From assembly GCA_014905635.1 (NCBI GenBank), contig JABVCE010000010.1, positions 434,001-498,000 on the forward strand: a DNA stretch of 64,000 bases, written 5' to 3'. Below are positions 35,309-48,566 of this stretch, one piece after another; position 1 is the first letter of the stretch; every line of letters begins with the position of its first letter. The position numbers were made by a program, and so were the translations under genes. The notes under the pieces were generated by a model. That model worked only from the letters and a program-made list of their open reading frames with translations, was not told where the DNA came from and did not search any database. This DNA comes from Scenedesmus sp. PABB004. Taxonomy: Eukaryota.

Positions 35309-36680
35309 ATGGCGGCACGCGGGCGGGGCGGGCGGGGCAGCTGGCGCGGCGGCCGCGGCGGCGGCCGCGGCGGCGCCGGCCCGCCCGGCCTCAAGGACGA
35401 CGACGGCAACGTGGTGGCGGTGGAGCAGCAGACGGGGCCGCCGCCGCTCTTCCCGGTGGGCGCAGCGGGCAGGGCGCCGGGGCGCGCGCGGGGCTGCCGC
35501 GCTGCAGCGCCGCCCGCCCACGCACGAGCCGCGCCCGCGCCCGCGGCGCGCAGGCCATCGAGCTGCACTGCGAGCCGCCGGAGCCGACGCCGCACGACCG
35601 GCTGCTGCTGCTGCGCCGCGCCGACCTGCTGCGCAGCTACCGTGCGTCGCCCTACCACCTCGCGGCCGCGGAGCGCGCAGCGGCGCGCAGCGGCGGCGGC
35701 GGCGGCGGCGGGGACGTCGAAAGATACTCTGACCGGTGTGCGCGGCGCGCCGCAGGGGCGGTGGCGGGCCCGGCAGCTGCGCCGCGCGAGCGGCGGCGCC
35801 GTGCGGGCCCGGCGCGAGCCCCCGCCGCCCGCGCGGCGCAGGTTTGTCAAGCGCTCGGGCGGCAAGGCGCCGCCGAAGCCGCCGCTGGCCAGCCTGCTCA
35901 CGCTGCACCCGCACCACTTCCCGGAGGAGCTCTACAGCGACCACGACCGCCGGTGCGCATGCCGGCCGCGCGCGCCGGCGCGCGCCCGGCGGGCCGGCCG
36001 GCGCCCAGGCGGCGCGGGGCGCGTGGCGCGGCGGGGCGCGCTCGCCCGCCGGCCGACGCCCGCTGCCGCCGGCGCGCCGCGCGCGGCGCAGGCTGGCGGC
36101 GAGGGGCCTCGGCGGCGAGCTGTTCAAGCGCGCGCCGGCGGAGGAGGGCAGCGCGCTCGCAAAGCGCCTGGACACCTTTACCCAGCAGGCGCGCGCGCCC
36201 GCGCCAAGCCGGCCCCGCGCGCCCGCGCCGCGCCGGGCGGCGCCCCCCCCCCCCCCCCCGCCCACGCCCGCCCGCCCGCCCTCCCGCCGCGCAGGAGGCG
36301 CAGCAGGGCCGCGCCGGCGCGCCGGGCGGCCGCCCCGCCGGCGGCGCGGCCGAGCCGGCCGCCGCCGACGACGACGACGCGCCGGCGGGCGGCAGCTACG
36401 ACGAGGACGATGATGATGTGATGGAAGAAGATGACTACTACCAGGCGCGCGCCTTGGGTGGCAGTGGCGCGGCTGCGCGCTCGCGGCTGCGTTCTCACGG
36501 CCGCGCCGGCAGCGCGCGCACCGGCGGCCGCGGCCCGGCAGCGCGCGCGCGGCGTCGGCGCCCCGCCGCCGACACGCGCGCCGCGCCTGGCATGGTCCCC
36601 CCCAGGGCGAGCAGTTTGACGATGACGAGGGCTACGACGACGCCTGCGACGACGGCGGCGACGAGGGCCCCACCTACTGA
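35309..36680 (+). CDS. RPC7: RNA polymerase III subunit C31/RPC7
   Basis: RG-rich N-terminus, GPPPLFP, SPYHL, DVERYSDR, FPEEL, acidic tail EEDDYYQ|GEQFDDDEGYDD..EGPTY*. Confidence 0.88.
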
Positions 36681-37440
36681 CCCACTCGGCCCCCTCGGGC
36701 ACCCGCCCCGCGCGCCGCATCCGCGGCGGGCGGGCGTGGGCGTGGCGCCGCGTCCGCGCTCGGCGCCGCGTGCGCTCGGCGCCGAGCGCGGGGAGCCTGC
36801 CGGTGGCGGCCGCACGCGTGGGCCGGCGCGGCGGCGTCGCGGCGGCGGCGCGGCGCGGTGCGCCCGAGCGCTGCAGATGGCGGGCTCGTACCGGCGCGGT
36901 GCGCCTGCGCGCTTCGGCGAAGCCCACGGCGGCGGGGGACAGCGGGAAACGGCAGGCCGAGAGTGGCAGGCACCTGACCTTCCGCGCGCGGCCGTGCGCG
37001 GCGCCCGCGGCGCGCCGGGCGGTGCTTGGGTCCACGCGCACGGCGCGTGGGGCCGGGTGGCGCGCCGCCGACGGCCCCGCGCGGGCAGGACTGGCCCCGG
37101 GCGGACGGCCAGGGTAATGTTGTCAGTGCCCGCGCGCGCCCGCGCGCCCGCCGCCTGCCGCCGCCGCCCGGGGCGCACTCCGAGGCCTGTCACCGTGCCC
37201 GCACGCCCCGCGACGGTCGGCAGGGCACTTGCGCGCAGGGCGCGCGCGCGCCCGCGCCCGCACACGGCGCCCGCTGCACGGTGACCGCTGCACGGCGCCC
37301 CATGGCCGCCACCGCTCGTTGGCTGGTGAAGTCATCGCCCACGGCGCGGCATGAAGCGCGGGCCCGACGGCGCGCCCGGGGGCGAGGATGGGACGGCCAA
37401 GGCCGCCCGCGCGGGGCGTGGCACCGAACCGCCGCAACTG

Positions 37441-38343
37441 CCGCCGCCGCCGCCGCCGCCGCCCCGCAGGTGGCCGCAGTGCCCCTGGTGGGACCTGCCC
37501 CGCGCGCGCGCCGCGCGCCGCGCCGCGATCGGCAGCCTGGACGACTGAGGTGTGCGACGCGCGCCGCGATGCGCTGCGTGCTGTGTCCCCTTCCCCATGG
37601 GGAATACAGTGCTGGCCAGCACTGTATGTGCTCGCTGTCGGCCGTGCCCCGCGCTGCCTGCGCGCAGCAGCGGCGGCGCCCAATCCGTTCCGCGTGACTG
37701 CCAGCCGTTGACTTGACTTGCTGCCAGAACTTGCCTCGCTGCCGCATCCCCCTGCTGCGTTGCTGCCGCGCGTGTCCGTGAGCGAGCGGGTTGAGGGTAA
37801 CCTGCCCGTTCCGCGAAGTCTGCACTCTGCTGCCAGGGGCGTGGGTGGGGGCGCTCGCGCTCGCGGGCGGCCGGCAGGGTTGCCAGGCCCGACGGCAACG
37901 CGCCCGCTGCCACCTGCGGCAGTCAATCACCCGAGCGCGTTCAACGTTGCTGGGCCGAGGCAGAGGCAGCAGGCGGCATGCAGACTGCGGTCCCCACACA
38001 CAAGGCCCCACGCGTGACATGCGGCCAGCGCGGCGCGGTCGCCACCGCGCACGGCAGGCCGCGCCGCAGCCCGGCGGCCAAGGCGCGCGCCGCCGCTCGG
38101 CGACGCGCGCACTGCTGCAGAGCGCCGCACGCGCGCGCCGGTCCCCGCCAGCGCCTCACTCAGCGCGCCTCACTCACTGCAGCGCCCCGAGGCCCGAGCC
38201 GACGCCGGCCTCCCCGGGCTTGGTGTACTGCTGCGGGCGCATGCGGTTGTCAAACAGCACGCCGATGTTGGGGCCGTCGCGGTCAACCTTGACCTGCCGC
38301 CACGCCAGGTCGGTCGGTGCGCGCGCGCGGCGCGGCGGCGGCG
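37441..38343 (+). repeat. Diverged direct duplicate of ~33175-34075 (BKT last exon/3'UTR plus last exon of the minus-strand gene)
   Basis: Near-identical sequence with small indels and substitutions. Confidence 0.93.
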
Positions 38344-38790
38344 GCGGCGAGCGAAGGTGAGCGCAGCGCACCGCCGTGGCAGCAGGCGGCATGCAGACTG
38401 CGGTCCCCACACACAAGGCCCCACGCGTGACATGCGGCCAGCGCGGCGCGGTCGCCACCGCGCACGGCAGGCCGCGCCGCAGCCCGGCGGCCAAGGCGCG
38501 CGCCGCCGCTCGGCGACGCGCGCACTGCTGCAGAGCGCCGCACGCGCGCGCCGGTCCCCGCCAGCGCCTCACTCAGCGCGCCTCACTCACTGCAGCGCCC
38601 CGAGGCCCGAGCCGACGCCGGCCTCCCCGGGCTTGGTGTACTGCTGCGGGCGCATGCGGTTGTCAAACAGCACGCCGATGTTGGGGCCGTCGCGGTCAAC
38701 CTTGACCTGCCGCCACGCCAGGTCGGTCGGTGCGCGCGCGCCGCGCGGCGGCGGCGGCGGCGAGCGAAGGTGAGCGCAGCGCACCGCCGT
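37965..38790 (+). repeat. 413-bp tandem duplication (37965-38377 / 38378-38790)
   Basis: Both units start GGCAGCAGGCGGCATGCAGACTG and end GCACCGCCGT. Confidence 0.93.
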
Positions 38791-38869
38791 GGCCGCACCC
38801 AGGCCTGGTGTTGCGCGGGGGGCGGCCGCCACCGCGACCGCGGTCGCCGAGCGCGGCCGTGCAGGCCGC

Positions 38870-39755
38870 CGCGCGCGCGGGTGTCGGCGCCCCGCCGCGA
38901 CCTGCGCGCCGCGCGCCGCGCGCCGCCTGGCATGCCCCCCCCCCCCAGGGCGAGCAGTTTGACGATGACGAGGGCTACGACGACGCCTGCGACGACGGCG
39001 GCGACGAGGGCCCCACCTACTGACCCACTCGGCCCCCCTCGGGCACCCGCCCCGCGCGCCGCATCCGCGGCGGGCGGGCGTGGGCGTGGCGCCGCGTCCG
39101 CGCTCGGCGCCGCGTGCGCTCGGCGCCGAGCGCGGGGAGCCTGCCGGTGGCGGCCGCACGCGTGGGCCGGCGCGGCGGCGTCGCGGCGGCGGCGCGGCGC
39201 GGTGCGCCCGAGCGCTGCAGATGGCGGGCTCGTACCGGCGCGGTGCGCCTGCGCGCTTCGGCGAAGCCCACGGCGGCGGGGGACAGCGGGAAACGGCAGG
39301 CCGAGAGTGGCAGGCACCTGACCTTCCGCGCGCGGCCGTGCGCGGCGCCCGCGGCGCGCCGGGCGGTGCTTGGGTCCACGCGCACGGCGCGTGGGGCCGG
39401 GTGGCGCGCCGCCGACGGCCCCGCGCGGGCAGGACTGGCCCCGGGCGGACGGCCAGGGTAATGTTGTCAGTGCCCGCGCGCGCCCGCGCGCCCGCCGCCT
39501 GCCGCCGCCGCCCGGGGCGCACTCCGAGGCCTGTCACCGTGCCCGCACGCCCCGCGACGGTCGGCAGGGCACTTGCGCGCAGGGCGCGCGCGCGCCCGCG
39601 CCCGCACACGGCGCCCGCTGCACGGTGACCGCTGCACGGCGCCCCATGGCCGCCACCGCTCGTTGACTGGTGAAGTCATCGCCCGCGGCGCGGCATGAAG
39701 CGCGGGCCCGACGGCGCGCCCGGGGGCGAGGATGGGACGGCCAAGGCCGCCCGCG
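38870..39755 (+). repeat. Direct duplicate of ~36540-37411 (RPC7 last exon, intergenic DNA, start of the E2F-like gene)
   Basis: Near-identical at an offset of ~2343 bp. Confidence 0.93.
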
Positions 39756-41440
39756 GCGGCGAGCAGGGTGCGTCCGCTCCCGCCCGGCGCGATCGGCCGG
39801 CGCGGCGCGCGCGCGGCGCGCGGCGCAGGCGGGGCCGCCCGGCCGGCGCGGGGTCGCCCTCCAGGCGCCCCGGCCCGCCCGCGCGCGCGCCGGCCCGCAG
39901 GCGCCAAGTCTGAGCTCACGCAGCTGGCGGAGCGTTTCAGGGACCAGTTCTGCGCGCCGCTGGGCGGCCTGACGCCCCTGGCGGGCCCGGGAGGCGCCGC
40001 GGCGCGCGACATCCACCTCGACGCCGCCGCGCACGCGCTCCAGGTCTCGCGGCGGCGCCTGTATGACATCGTCAACGTCCTAGAGGCCCTGCAGGTGGAG
40101 GCGGCGGCGGCGGGGCCCGCCGGGCGGGCACAGCGCAGCAAGCGCCTGCGTCACCACGACAGCAGCGGCGCCCGCCCACGACCGCCCGCGTGGGCGCCGC
40201 CGCCCGCTCCGTGCGCGGCGCCGCAGATGGTCAGCCGCTCCAGCAAGCTCACCTACCGCTGGGAGGGCGCGACGCGCCTGCCGCGCCTGCTGGCGGCGCT
40301 GCACGCGGGCGCGCTGCGCGGCGATGCGCTGCCGGGCGGCGGCAGCGCCGTGCTCGAGGGCCACATGCCCGGCTCGTGCTGGGCGCTCACGCGGCGCATC
40401 GTGCAGCAGCTGCTGCTCGACCGGGGGCAGGTGCCGCTGACGCAGCTGGTGCAGCGCCTCGACGCGTCGCTGCCGGGCGGCGAGGCCGCCGCGGCCGCCG
40501 CGAGCCGCGCGTCGCTCGCGACCGTCGAGCGCCGCATCTATGACATCGGCAGCGTGCTCAGCACGTTTGGCCTGGTGGAGAAGACGCTGCAGGGCGGCAG
40601 GTGCGCGGCGCAGGCGCTGCAGGCAGCCGGGCCGCGCCGGCGGGCGGCGCGCGCGCCCGCGGCGCCGCCGCCCGCGCGCGCCCACCCGTGCCCCGCCCGC
40701 CCGCGCCCGCAGCGGCCCGCGCCACCGCCAGCCCGTCTATCAGTGGGCGTTCGCGTGGCAGCCGCCGGCGGGCGCGACGGAGCAGCAGCTGGCGGGCGCG
40801 CCGCCGGCCGCCGCCAGCGTGGGCAGCTTGCACGACCCTGCGGCGGCGGCGGCGGCGGCGGCGGCGGCCGCGGCCGCGGCGGCCGCAGACGGCGGCCTGC
40901 TTGCCCGCGCCGCGCAGCTGCAGCTGCAGGGCCTGGCGCCAGAGGCGGTGGCACGCGTGCAGCAGCTGCTCGCGCGCGCGAGCGCGGCCGCCGTGGGGCC
41001 GGTGCCGGCGGCTGCCAGCGAGGCGGGCAAGCTCGCGGCGCTGCGCCAGGTGCTGACGGCGGCGCTGCAGGCCAACCAGCTTCGCGCGGCCGGCCTGCTG
41101 TCGCAGCATGAGCCGCACATGCGCGCGGTGGCGGCGCTGGCCGCGGCGCAGTCGCAGGCGCAGGCGCCCGCAGCAGCTGCGCAGGCGCAGGCGGCGGCAG
41201 CGCCGTGCGCGGCGGGGCAGGCGCCCCCCGGCGACGACGTCGTGCAGCGGCGCCTCGTGCTGGTGGAGCGGGTGGTTGGCGCGGTCCTGGCGCAGCACGG
41301 GCCGAAGACCTGCGTCTCGCTCTCGCAGCTGCAGGCGCTGCTGCAGACGATCAAGCGCGGGGCCGGCGACGTGGCGGCCGTGGAGCAGCAGCGGGAGCAG
41401 GAGGAGATGGACGCGGCCGCGAGCCTGCAGCAGCTCAAGA

Positions 41441-41472
<32 letters not shown>

Positions 41473-42182
41473 ACGGACCGCAGCGCCGACGCTGAGGCCG
41501 GCTCCGTCTGCGACCAGCTCTGCCCGAGCGGCGCGCGCTGCCTGGACCTGGTGGCCTTTCTGCAGTCACTGCCGTCGGGCGGCCCGGTGGAGCTGGCTTG
41601 CTGCTCCCTGCCCGCTTGCGGCGAGGCGGCCGAGGCGGGCGAGACGCCCGGCCAGCCTTGCTGCGCGGCGCCGGTCGCGTGCGAAGCCGCGCCGGTCGCG
41701 CGCGGGGCCGTGCCGGTCGGCGCGGGCGCCGCTCTGGGCAGCTTGCGGTGCGGCAGCACGACGGGACGCATGCAGGGCCTGGCGGCGCTGCGCGCGCAGT
41801 TTGGGTGCGCGTGCGAGGACGGCGAGGCCGGCGACGGCGAGCCGCAGCACGGCGAAGACAGCGACGCAGAGGGCTGGGCGTCGGACGACGGCGAGCCCGT
41901 GCAGCGGCGGAGCAGCAACGACGCCGAGGCGGCGCCCGGCGCCGGACCCGAAGCCAGCGCGCCCTCCAACGACCAGCTCGCAGACGACGGCGCACTCGAG
42001 TCTCTCGCCGCGTTTCTGGCGGACGGCGAGGACGGCGGCAGCAAGCCGGACCTGCGCGTCGGCAGCAACCAGCTCAACAACAGCCAGCAGGAGGCGCTGC
42101 TCAAGCAGGTGGCCAACGCAGCGGTGGCGGCGCTGGAGCAGCAGGCGCGACCCAGCACGGCAGGCGCGGCAGCGCCGCCCGC

Positions 42183-42213
<31 letters not shown>

Positions 42214-42891
42214 GCGGCATCAGTGGCCGCGCCAGCTGTGCAGCCTGAGCCACGCGCCGGGCCCTCAGCTGGCACCGAGCAGCTTGCACAGTGCGCGGCC
42301 GGCGGCAGCGGCGCAGCAGTCGCGGCGGCGGATCCGCCGGCCAGCGTTGGTGCCGCTCAGCCGGCGCCGGAGCTCCAGGCTGTGCTCTGCCTGACGAAGC
42401 TGCTCGCGGCCGGCGGCCTTGCGCAGGGCCGGCTGGCCGAGGACGTCGCCGCTGGCGGCGGCGGCGGCGGCGGGCTGAGCGACGCGACTCTGCTGAGCGG
42501 GCTGGGCGCGCAGCGGCAGCACGCGCTCGAGGCGCTCGGGACGCTCGAGGTGCTCCAGCAGCAGCAGCTGCTGCAGCTCCAGGCGCAGCTGCAGCAAAAG
42601 CTGCGCAGCCTGCACGCGAGCATGCTGCCAGGCCTGGTCGCGGCGGGCCTGATCGGCGAGCCAGGCGGCGCAGCGGCGCGGCCCGGCAGCGGCATGGACG
42701 GCGGGACCGTCGCGCCCCCGCATGCGCCGCCGCCAGGGCCGGCCTCGGCCCCGGGCGGTGCGGCCGCGGGTGACGGCGGCGCGCCCGTGTCCAGCATGGT
42801 GCCGCCGCGGGGCGCCAGCAGCGCGGCGGCCATCCTCCGCAAGCTGCCACCTGACGTGGTGATGCAGCTGCTGGCGGCGATGCGGCGCTGA
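39695..42891 (+). CDS. Atypical E2F (DEL / E2F7/8-like) with two winged-helix DNA-binding domains
   Basis: LDAAAHALQVSRRRLYDIVNVLEAL|..YRWEG and VERRIYDIGSVLSTFGLVEK..PVYQW. Confidence 0.85.
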
Positions 42892-44513
42892 CCGCGGCGT
42901 GGCGTGATGCGTGTCTCGGACAGACACATAAAGGAGCGGGCGCGCCGCGAGCAGGCTGCTGCGGCGCGCTGCGGCTGCCCGCGCGCGCACGCGTGCAGCA
43001 GCGCGCTGGCGCCTGCGTCGGGGCGCGAAAGCAGGCGCCTGCCTGGGCACCAGCGCTCCGCGATGTGCCTCGAGCACTGAATTTTGCCGGTGAGTCGGCG
43101 AATCACTAGGTCAAACACGCTGCAGGGCGGACGGGCTGCGCGCGCGCGCGGCTGCACCGCCCCCTGCACTCTCGCAAGAAGGCTGCCGGCGGGCGCGCCG
43201 CCGCCCGGTCCCCCGGCTGCTGGCAGCACCCAGGACGCTGCGGCGGCGGCGGCGCTGAGCAGTTGGCGGTGGCTGAAAAGAGCCCACTTCACTGCGTGCC
43301 CGCCGTTGACGGGCGCACTCGTGTTATATTTTTTGCGTGTGCGTGTGCGTGTGTGTGTGTGTGCGCGTGCGTGTGTGTGTGGTCACGAGCCCGCCGCCGC
43401 CGCGCGGCTCGGCCCGGGGCAAGCGTTCAGTCACGCGGCGACCAACAACAACAAATGTGGAAACTGCCGGCTGTGTGGTCGGCGCTGGCGTGGACGGCTC
43501 GCGTTTCTTTCTCTCGCCTGGCACGCACTTTTCTCAACCTTCGTGCGCAGTGTGCGCGGGACCGGCGAGCCGCCGCTGCAAGCGCAAGTGCCGCTCCAGT
43601 CGCACGGTTTGCGGCAAAGCTGAGCGGCGCGCGTGCGCGCGCGCGCCCCTGAGCGCACGCGCGGCGCCGCCGCGTGGCGGGCGGGCGGGCCCCCGGGGGG
43701 CCGGGGGCGGGAGGCAGGGCCTGGGGCGTGCATGTTTCCCGCCCGCTTGCATTGCAGCACACTCCACAGGGGAGCGGAGCGCCGGCAGAATGACGAATTG
43801 TTGGTACGTGCGCGGACGCGCTCCCCGCGCTGGTGCGTGGGAATGACGACGAGCCTCGCCGGCGCGGGCGGGCGCGGGGACACGCTGCCGGGGCTTTGAT
43901 AGTTCTTTTCTCCCCCGTTCTTGCGCGCGTCACTGCGCATTGGGTGTGCGACGGACGGCGCAGATAAGCCCAGCAGCAGGCCGATGGCGACGGTGACTGC
44001 CGCGCGTTTCGCAGCTCGGGGCGGCAGGCGCCGCAGGCGTGCGTAGACGGCGAGACGGACCTGCACTGGAGCAGACTGGAGTGGAGACGAGTTGCACGTC
44101 GGCCCAGCGCATAAAGGCGAGCGCCGGAGCGCAGCCGCGGCGCGTGGAGCGGCGCGTGGGCGCGCGCGCGCGTGCTGCTGCTCGCGCCCGAGGGTGTCGT
44201 GGCCGTGGCGGCCACGCGGCTGGTAACGCCCTCGAACGCAGCGCGGGTTAACGGGCGACCGAACCGCAGTGCTCACACGCGCAGCCAGCTTTTTCCGATC
44301 GCACGCAGCAGCGGCGGAGCGGTCGTTGAACTGCCGCATTTCAAAAAAGTCTGCCGTGCGCCCCCCGCGCGCAGAAGCCGCAGGCGGCATCGCGAACGCA
44401 GCGGGACGACGACCGCGCCGCGGCTCGCCCCGGGCGCCCGGTGGGCAGGCGGCGCGCCGCCGCATCTGCTCGCCCGCCGCCCCGGCGCGCTCCCTGCGCG
44501 CCACTGCTTGGCC

Positions 44514-45317
44514 ATGGCGGGGGCGGCCGGGGTGTTTGAGGACTGCGTCGTCCAGCTGCTGAGCTACCCGGACGTCGACGCCTCGCAGCGCAACGGGCTG
44601 GTGGCCAAGCTGCAGCAGCACGGCGCGCGCGTGGCGCCACGCTTCAGCCGCGAGGTCACCCACCTCGTGGTGCAGCGCAGCCATGCTCCCACCGCCGAGG
44701 CGGCGGCCGCGGGGGACGCCAGCCTGCGCGCCGCGTTCGACCGCATCGCGCAGGTGCGCGCCTGCGCAGGCGATGCAGGTGGCGCGCCGCCACCCGGCCG
44801 CGCGCCGACCGCACGCCCGCCCGCCCCCGCGCCGCGCAGGGAAAGGACGCGGTGTACGTCGTGCCGACCGCCTGGGTGACCAAATGCCTCGAGGCGGGGC
44901 GGCGCGTGATGGTGCGTGCAGCGGCCGGCCGCGCGCGCGGCCGGCCGCCGGCCCGCCCCGGCCGACCCCGCCGCCGCCGCCGCCGCGGCAGGAGCGCGCC
45001 TTCTGCCTGGCGCGGCCGCAGGAGCCGCTGCTGCAGCTGGGCAAGTCGCCCGCGACGGCAGGTGCGGGCCGGGGCGCGGCGCGCGCCGCGGTGCGCGGCG
45101 CCCCGCGCCGACGCGCCGCCCCGGCGCCGCGCCGCGCCCAGGCAAGTCTGCCAAGAAGCGGCGCGCGCGGGGCGCAGCAGCGGCCGCCGCCGGGACCAGC
45201 AGGAAGGTGGCTGAGGTCGCGGCGCTGGACCTGAACGAGCCCTGGTTCAACAGCAGCCAGCAGCTGCAGGAGCTTCGTGTCGACGCCCCCGCCGCCGGCG
45301 ACGCGGGGGGCGGGCCG

Positions 45318-45349
<32 letters not shown>

Positions 45350-48300
45350 GCAGCGCGCCGCGCCGGCGCAGCTGGGACGGCCGCAGGCGCGGCCGCCGCA
45401 GGCGCCGCGCGGCCTGACGGCGCACGAGGCGGCGGCCCGCGGCGGGCGGGGTGCGGTGCCGCCGCCGCCGCAGCAGCAGCAGGGCGCCGCCGTCGACGCG
45501 GGGCGCAGCTCGGGGCCTCGCACATTTGGCCCGGCCACGCAGATGGCGGCGGAGCTGCTGGAGGGGCTGGCCGACTCGGTCCTGCAGGGCTCGGCCTTCG
45601 ACTGCGGCCTGCCAGCGCTGGGCACGACGGCGCGCGGCGGCGTCGGGGGCGAGGCGGGCGCCGCCGCGCAGCCGGGCCTCGCGCCGCCAGGCTGCGCTGG
45701 CGGCCAGGCGCAGCAGGCACGGCCAGGGGAGGAGGAGGAGGCGGAGGAGATTGAGGACAGCGACGACGAGCTGCTCATGCTGCCGGGCCGGCGGGCGGCG
45801 GGCATGCCGGCCGCGGCCCGGCAGCGGGGCGGCGCGCAGCCCGCAGCGGCGCACGGCGGCGGCGACCGGGGGCTGCAGCCGCAGCCGCAGCCGCAGCCAC
45901 AGCCGCAGGTGCAGCCGCAGCCGCAGCCGCAGCCGCAGCCGCAGCCGCAGGTGCAGGCGCAGCAGTCGCAGCCCGTGGCGGTGCACGTCGCCGCGCCGCT
46001 GGCGACGCCCCGCCTGCACTGCGGCGCCGCGCCGACCTCCACGCCGCCGCCCGCGGTGGCGGGTGTGCCGCCGACCGTCGGCTGCGCCCGCCTGCCGCCG
46101 GCAGGCGGCGCTGGCACCGCGGCTGGCAGGTCCAGTGGGCTGTCGGCCAAGGCAGCGATGTCTCGCCTGCCCAAGGCCGGCTCGACTGGCGCCAAGCGCA
46201 CGCACAGCCTGCTCGCGCAGCGCCGGAGCGGGCCCTGGTCGCCGCCGGCGGGCGACGACGCGCAGCCGGGGGCCCTCGGGCGCGGCGGGCAGCAGCACGA
46301 CGCCAAGCGGCGCTGCGCGAGCGCGCCCGCGGCGCAGCCCAGCGACGAGGGCGGCGCGGCCGAGGGTGCCCAGCAGCAGCCGCGGCCGCAGGAGCCGCAG
46401 CAGCAGGAGGGCGAGCTCGGCCCCGGCGTCAGCGCGACGCCGCTGCAGCAGGTGCTGGGCGGCTTCAGCTTTGCTGCGCTCGGCGCGCCTGTATCGAAGC
46501 CCGGCACGCCGGGCCTCGCGCTGGGCGCCGGCGGGGGGACGCCTGTGCTCGCGGCGCGCAGCAGGGCGGCGCTTGCGCCAGGCGCGGCGGCGTCCAAGCC
46601 CGGCTCCGGCACGCCGCTGACGGGCACGAAGCGGCGGCAGCAGTCGGCGCCTGGCGCGGCAGCGGCGGAGCGGTCACAGAGGCCGGTCCGCGGCGGCAGC
46701 GCCACGCCCGCAAGCGCGCCCCGGAGCGGCCGGGCGCGGGCCGGCGCGGAGGCGTCGCCGGCCGCGGGCGCTGACAGCGCGGGCGGGGCCCGGCGCATCC
46801 CTGCGCGCCTGGTACCATGGGCCTGCCCGCGCTGCACCCTGGAGAACGCCTGCACGCTCGCGCGCTGCGACGCGTGTGGCGCGGCCAAGCCCAAGGCAGG
46901 CGTGGCGCCAGAGGCGGCAGAGGCGGCGGCGGCGGGCAGCCGCGGCGAGGCGCAGGCGCGGCAGGACGGCGAGCAGGAGCTGCCGGCGAAGCGCACGCGG
47001 CGCAGCGCGGCGGGCGACGCCGGCGCCTCCGTCGTGCCCGCCGCGGGCGGCGGCTCCGGCGGCTCGCCTCTCGCGTCCTGGCTGCAGGGCCAGCAGCGGG
47101 CGCAGGACCGCCAGCTGCTCCGCGGCAGTGCCAGCCCACTGCCACGCCTGCCGCCCCTGTCGCCGGCCGCTGGCGCGTCGCCGACGCCGCCACCGGCGGC
47201 GGCCAGGGCCACGCCGCGCTCGACGCGCCGGGGCGCGCGCGCCGCGGCTTCGTCCGCCGGCAGGGGCGCAGCAGCGGCCGGGAGCGGGGACGCCATGCCC
47301 GACAGCCAGCCGGCGCAGGACCAGGACGAGCCGCCCGGCCAGCCGCAGCAGCTGCAGGCGGAGGAGCTGCAGCAGCAGCCCGCGCGGCGGGGGCGCGGCG
47401 CCGCCAAGGCTGCGACGCCAAAGCAGCCGACCCCTGTGCAGGCGGCGCAGGGCCGGGCGGCTGGCGCGCAGCGCGCTGGCGCGGGGCCGCCGGGCAGCGC
47501 TGGCCCGGCCTCCACGAGGCGGGCCAGCAGGGGGCGCGCGAGCCTGGGCGTGGCGGCGGTCGCCGGCGCCGGCGCGGGCGCTGGCACGCCTGTGCTGCAG
47601 GGCCTGCCGCAGATGGCCCTGCTGCAGCGCCCCAAGCTCTCGGCAGCGGCGCTGGCGCGCACGCAGGCGCACGCGACGTCGCCGCCAGCGCACGCAGAGG
47701 CGGCGGTGGCGGGCGGCGGCACGGCCGCGCCCGCGCCGGCGAGCGCGGCCGGCGGCAGGGCGCCGCTGGGCAGCAGCAGCCGGGCCAACCAGCCGCCGGC
47801 GCCGCGGCCCGCCGGCGGGCAGGAGCAGGGCAAGTCGGGGGGCGCGCGCGGCGCCAGGGCGCCGGGCGCCGCCGGCGGCGCCGTCGCAGCCGCGGCCGCC
47901 GCCAGCGCCGGCGGGCGCGGCGCGGCCGGCTACCTCGCGTGGACGTCGGTGTCGTCCGCGGTCGCGGACCTGGCCCGGGCGGCGGCGAAGCGCCTCGGCG
48001 GCGGCATGCGGCTGTGCGTCGACGGGCACGAGGAGGGGCGGCTGAGCCACCTCGTGGTCGGCGCGGAGCGGCGCACGCTCAAGCTGCTGCTCGGCGTCGC
48101 CAACGGCGCGTGGCTGCTGCGCCCCGAGTGGCTCACCGACAGCCTGGACAGGGGCACCTGGCAGCCGCCCGAGGCGTACGCGGCCGACGTGCGCTTTGCC
48201 GCCGTCGCGGCCGCCGTGCGCGCGGGCAAGGCCGCCGCCGGCGGCTACCGCGGGCCCCTGGCGGGGAAGCTCGTGGCGGTGCAGAGCGGCGCCGGCGCCG

Positions 48301-48566
48301 GGGGGCTCTCCGGCGGCCACGCCGCCGCGGTGGAGCACCGGCAGTCGCTGCAGCGCCTCGTGCGCGCGCTGGGCGGGCGCGTGTGCGGCGCGCGCGCCGC
48401 GGACGTGTGCGTGGTGTGCGGCGCCGCGCCCGTGCCGCGCGAGCTGCCGCCCGGCGCCGCCGCTGTGCGCGAGGAGTGGCTGCTGCGGCTGGCGGAGACC
48501 CACGCCGGCGCGGACGACGTGCGCGGTTTTGAGGTGCAGCGCGCCGCCGGCGGCCAGCGAGCCTAG
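44514..48566 (+). CDS. Microcephalin (MCPH1)-like BRCT protein with an internal RanBP2-type zinc finger
   Basis: N-terminal BRCT (LQQHGARVAPRFSREVTHLVV..VPTAWVTKC); WACPRCTLEN...CDACG; C-terminal BRCT pair (SHLVVGAERRTLKLLLGVANGAWLLRPEWLTDS; VREEWLL). Confidence 0.8.

Noticed and set aside
37441..39755. LTR retrotransposon interpretation of the direct repeats
   Set aside because: Repeats are copies of neighbouring host gene ends; no gag/pol, PBS or TG..CA termini
45876..45960. (CAGCCG)n repeat as a separate element
   Set aside because: Simply encodes a QP tract within the BRCT protein exon
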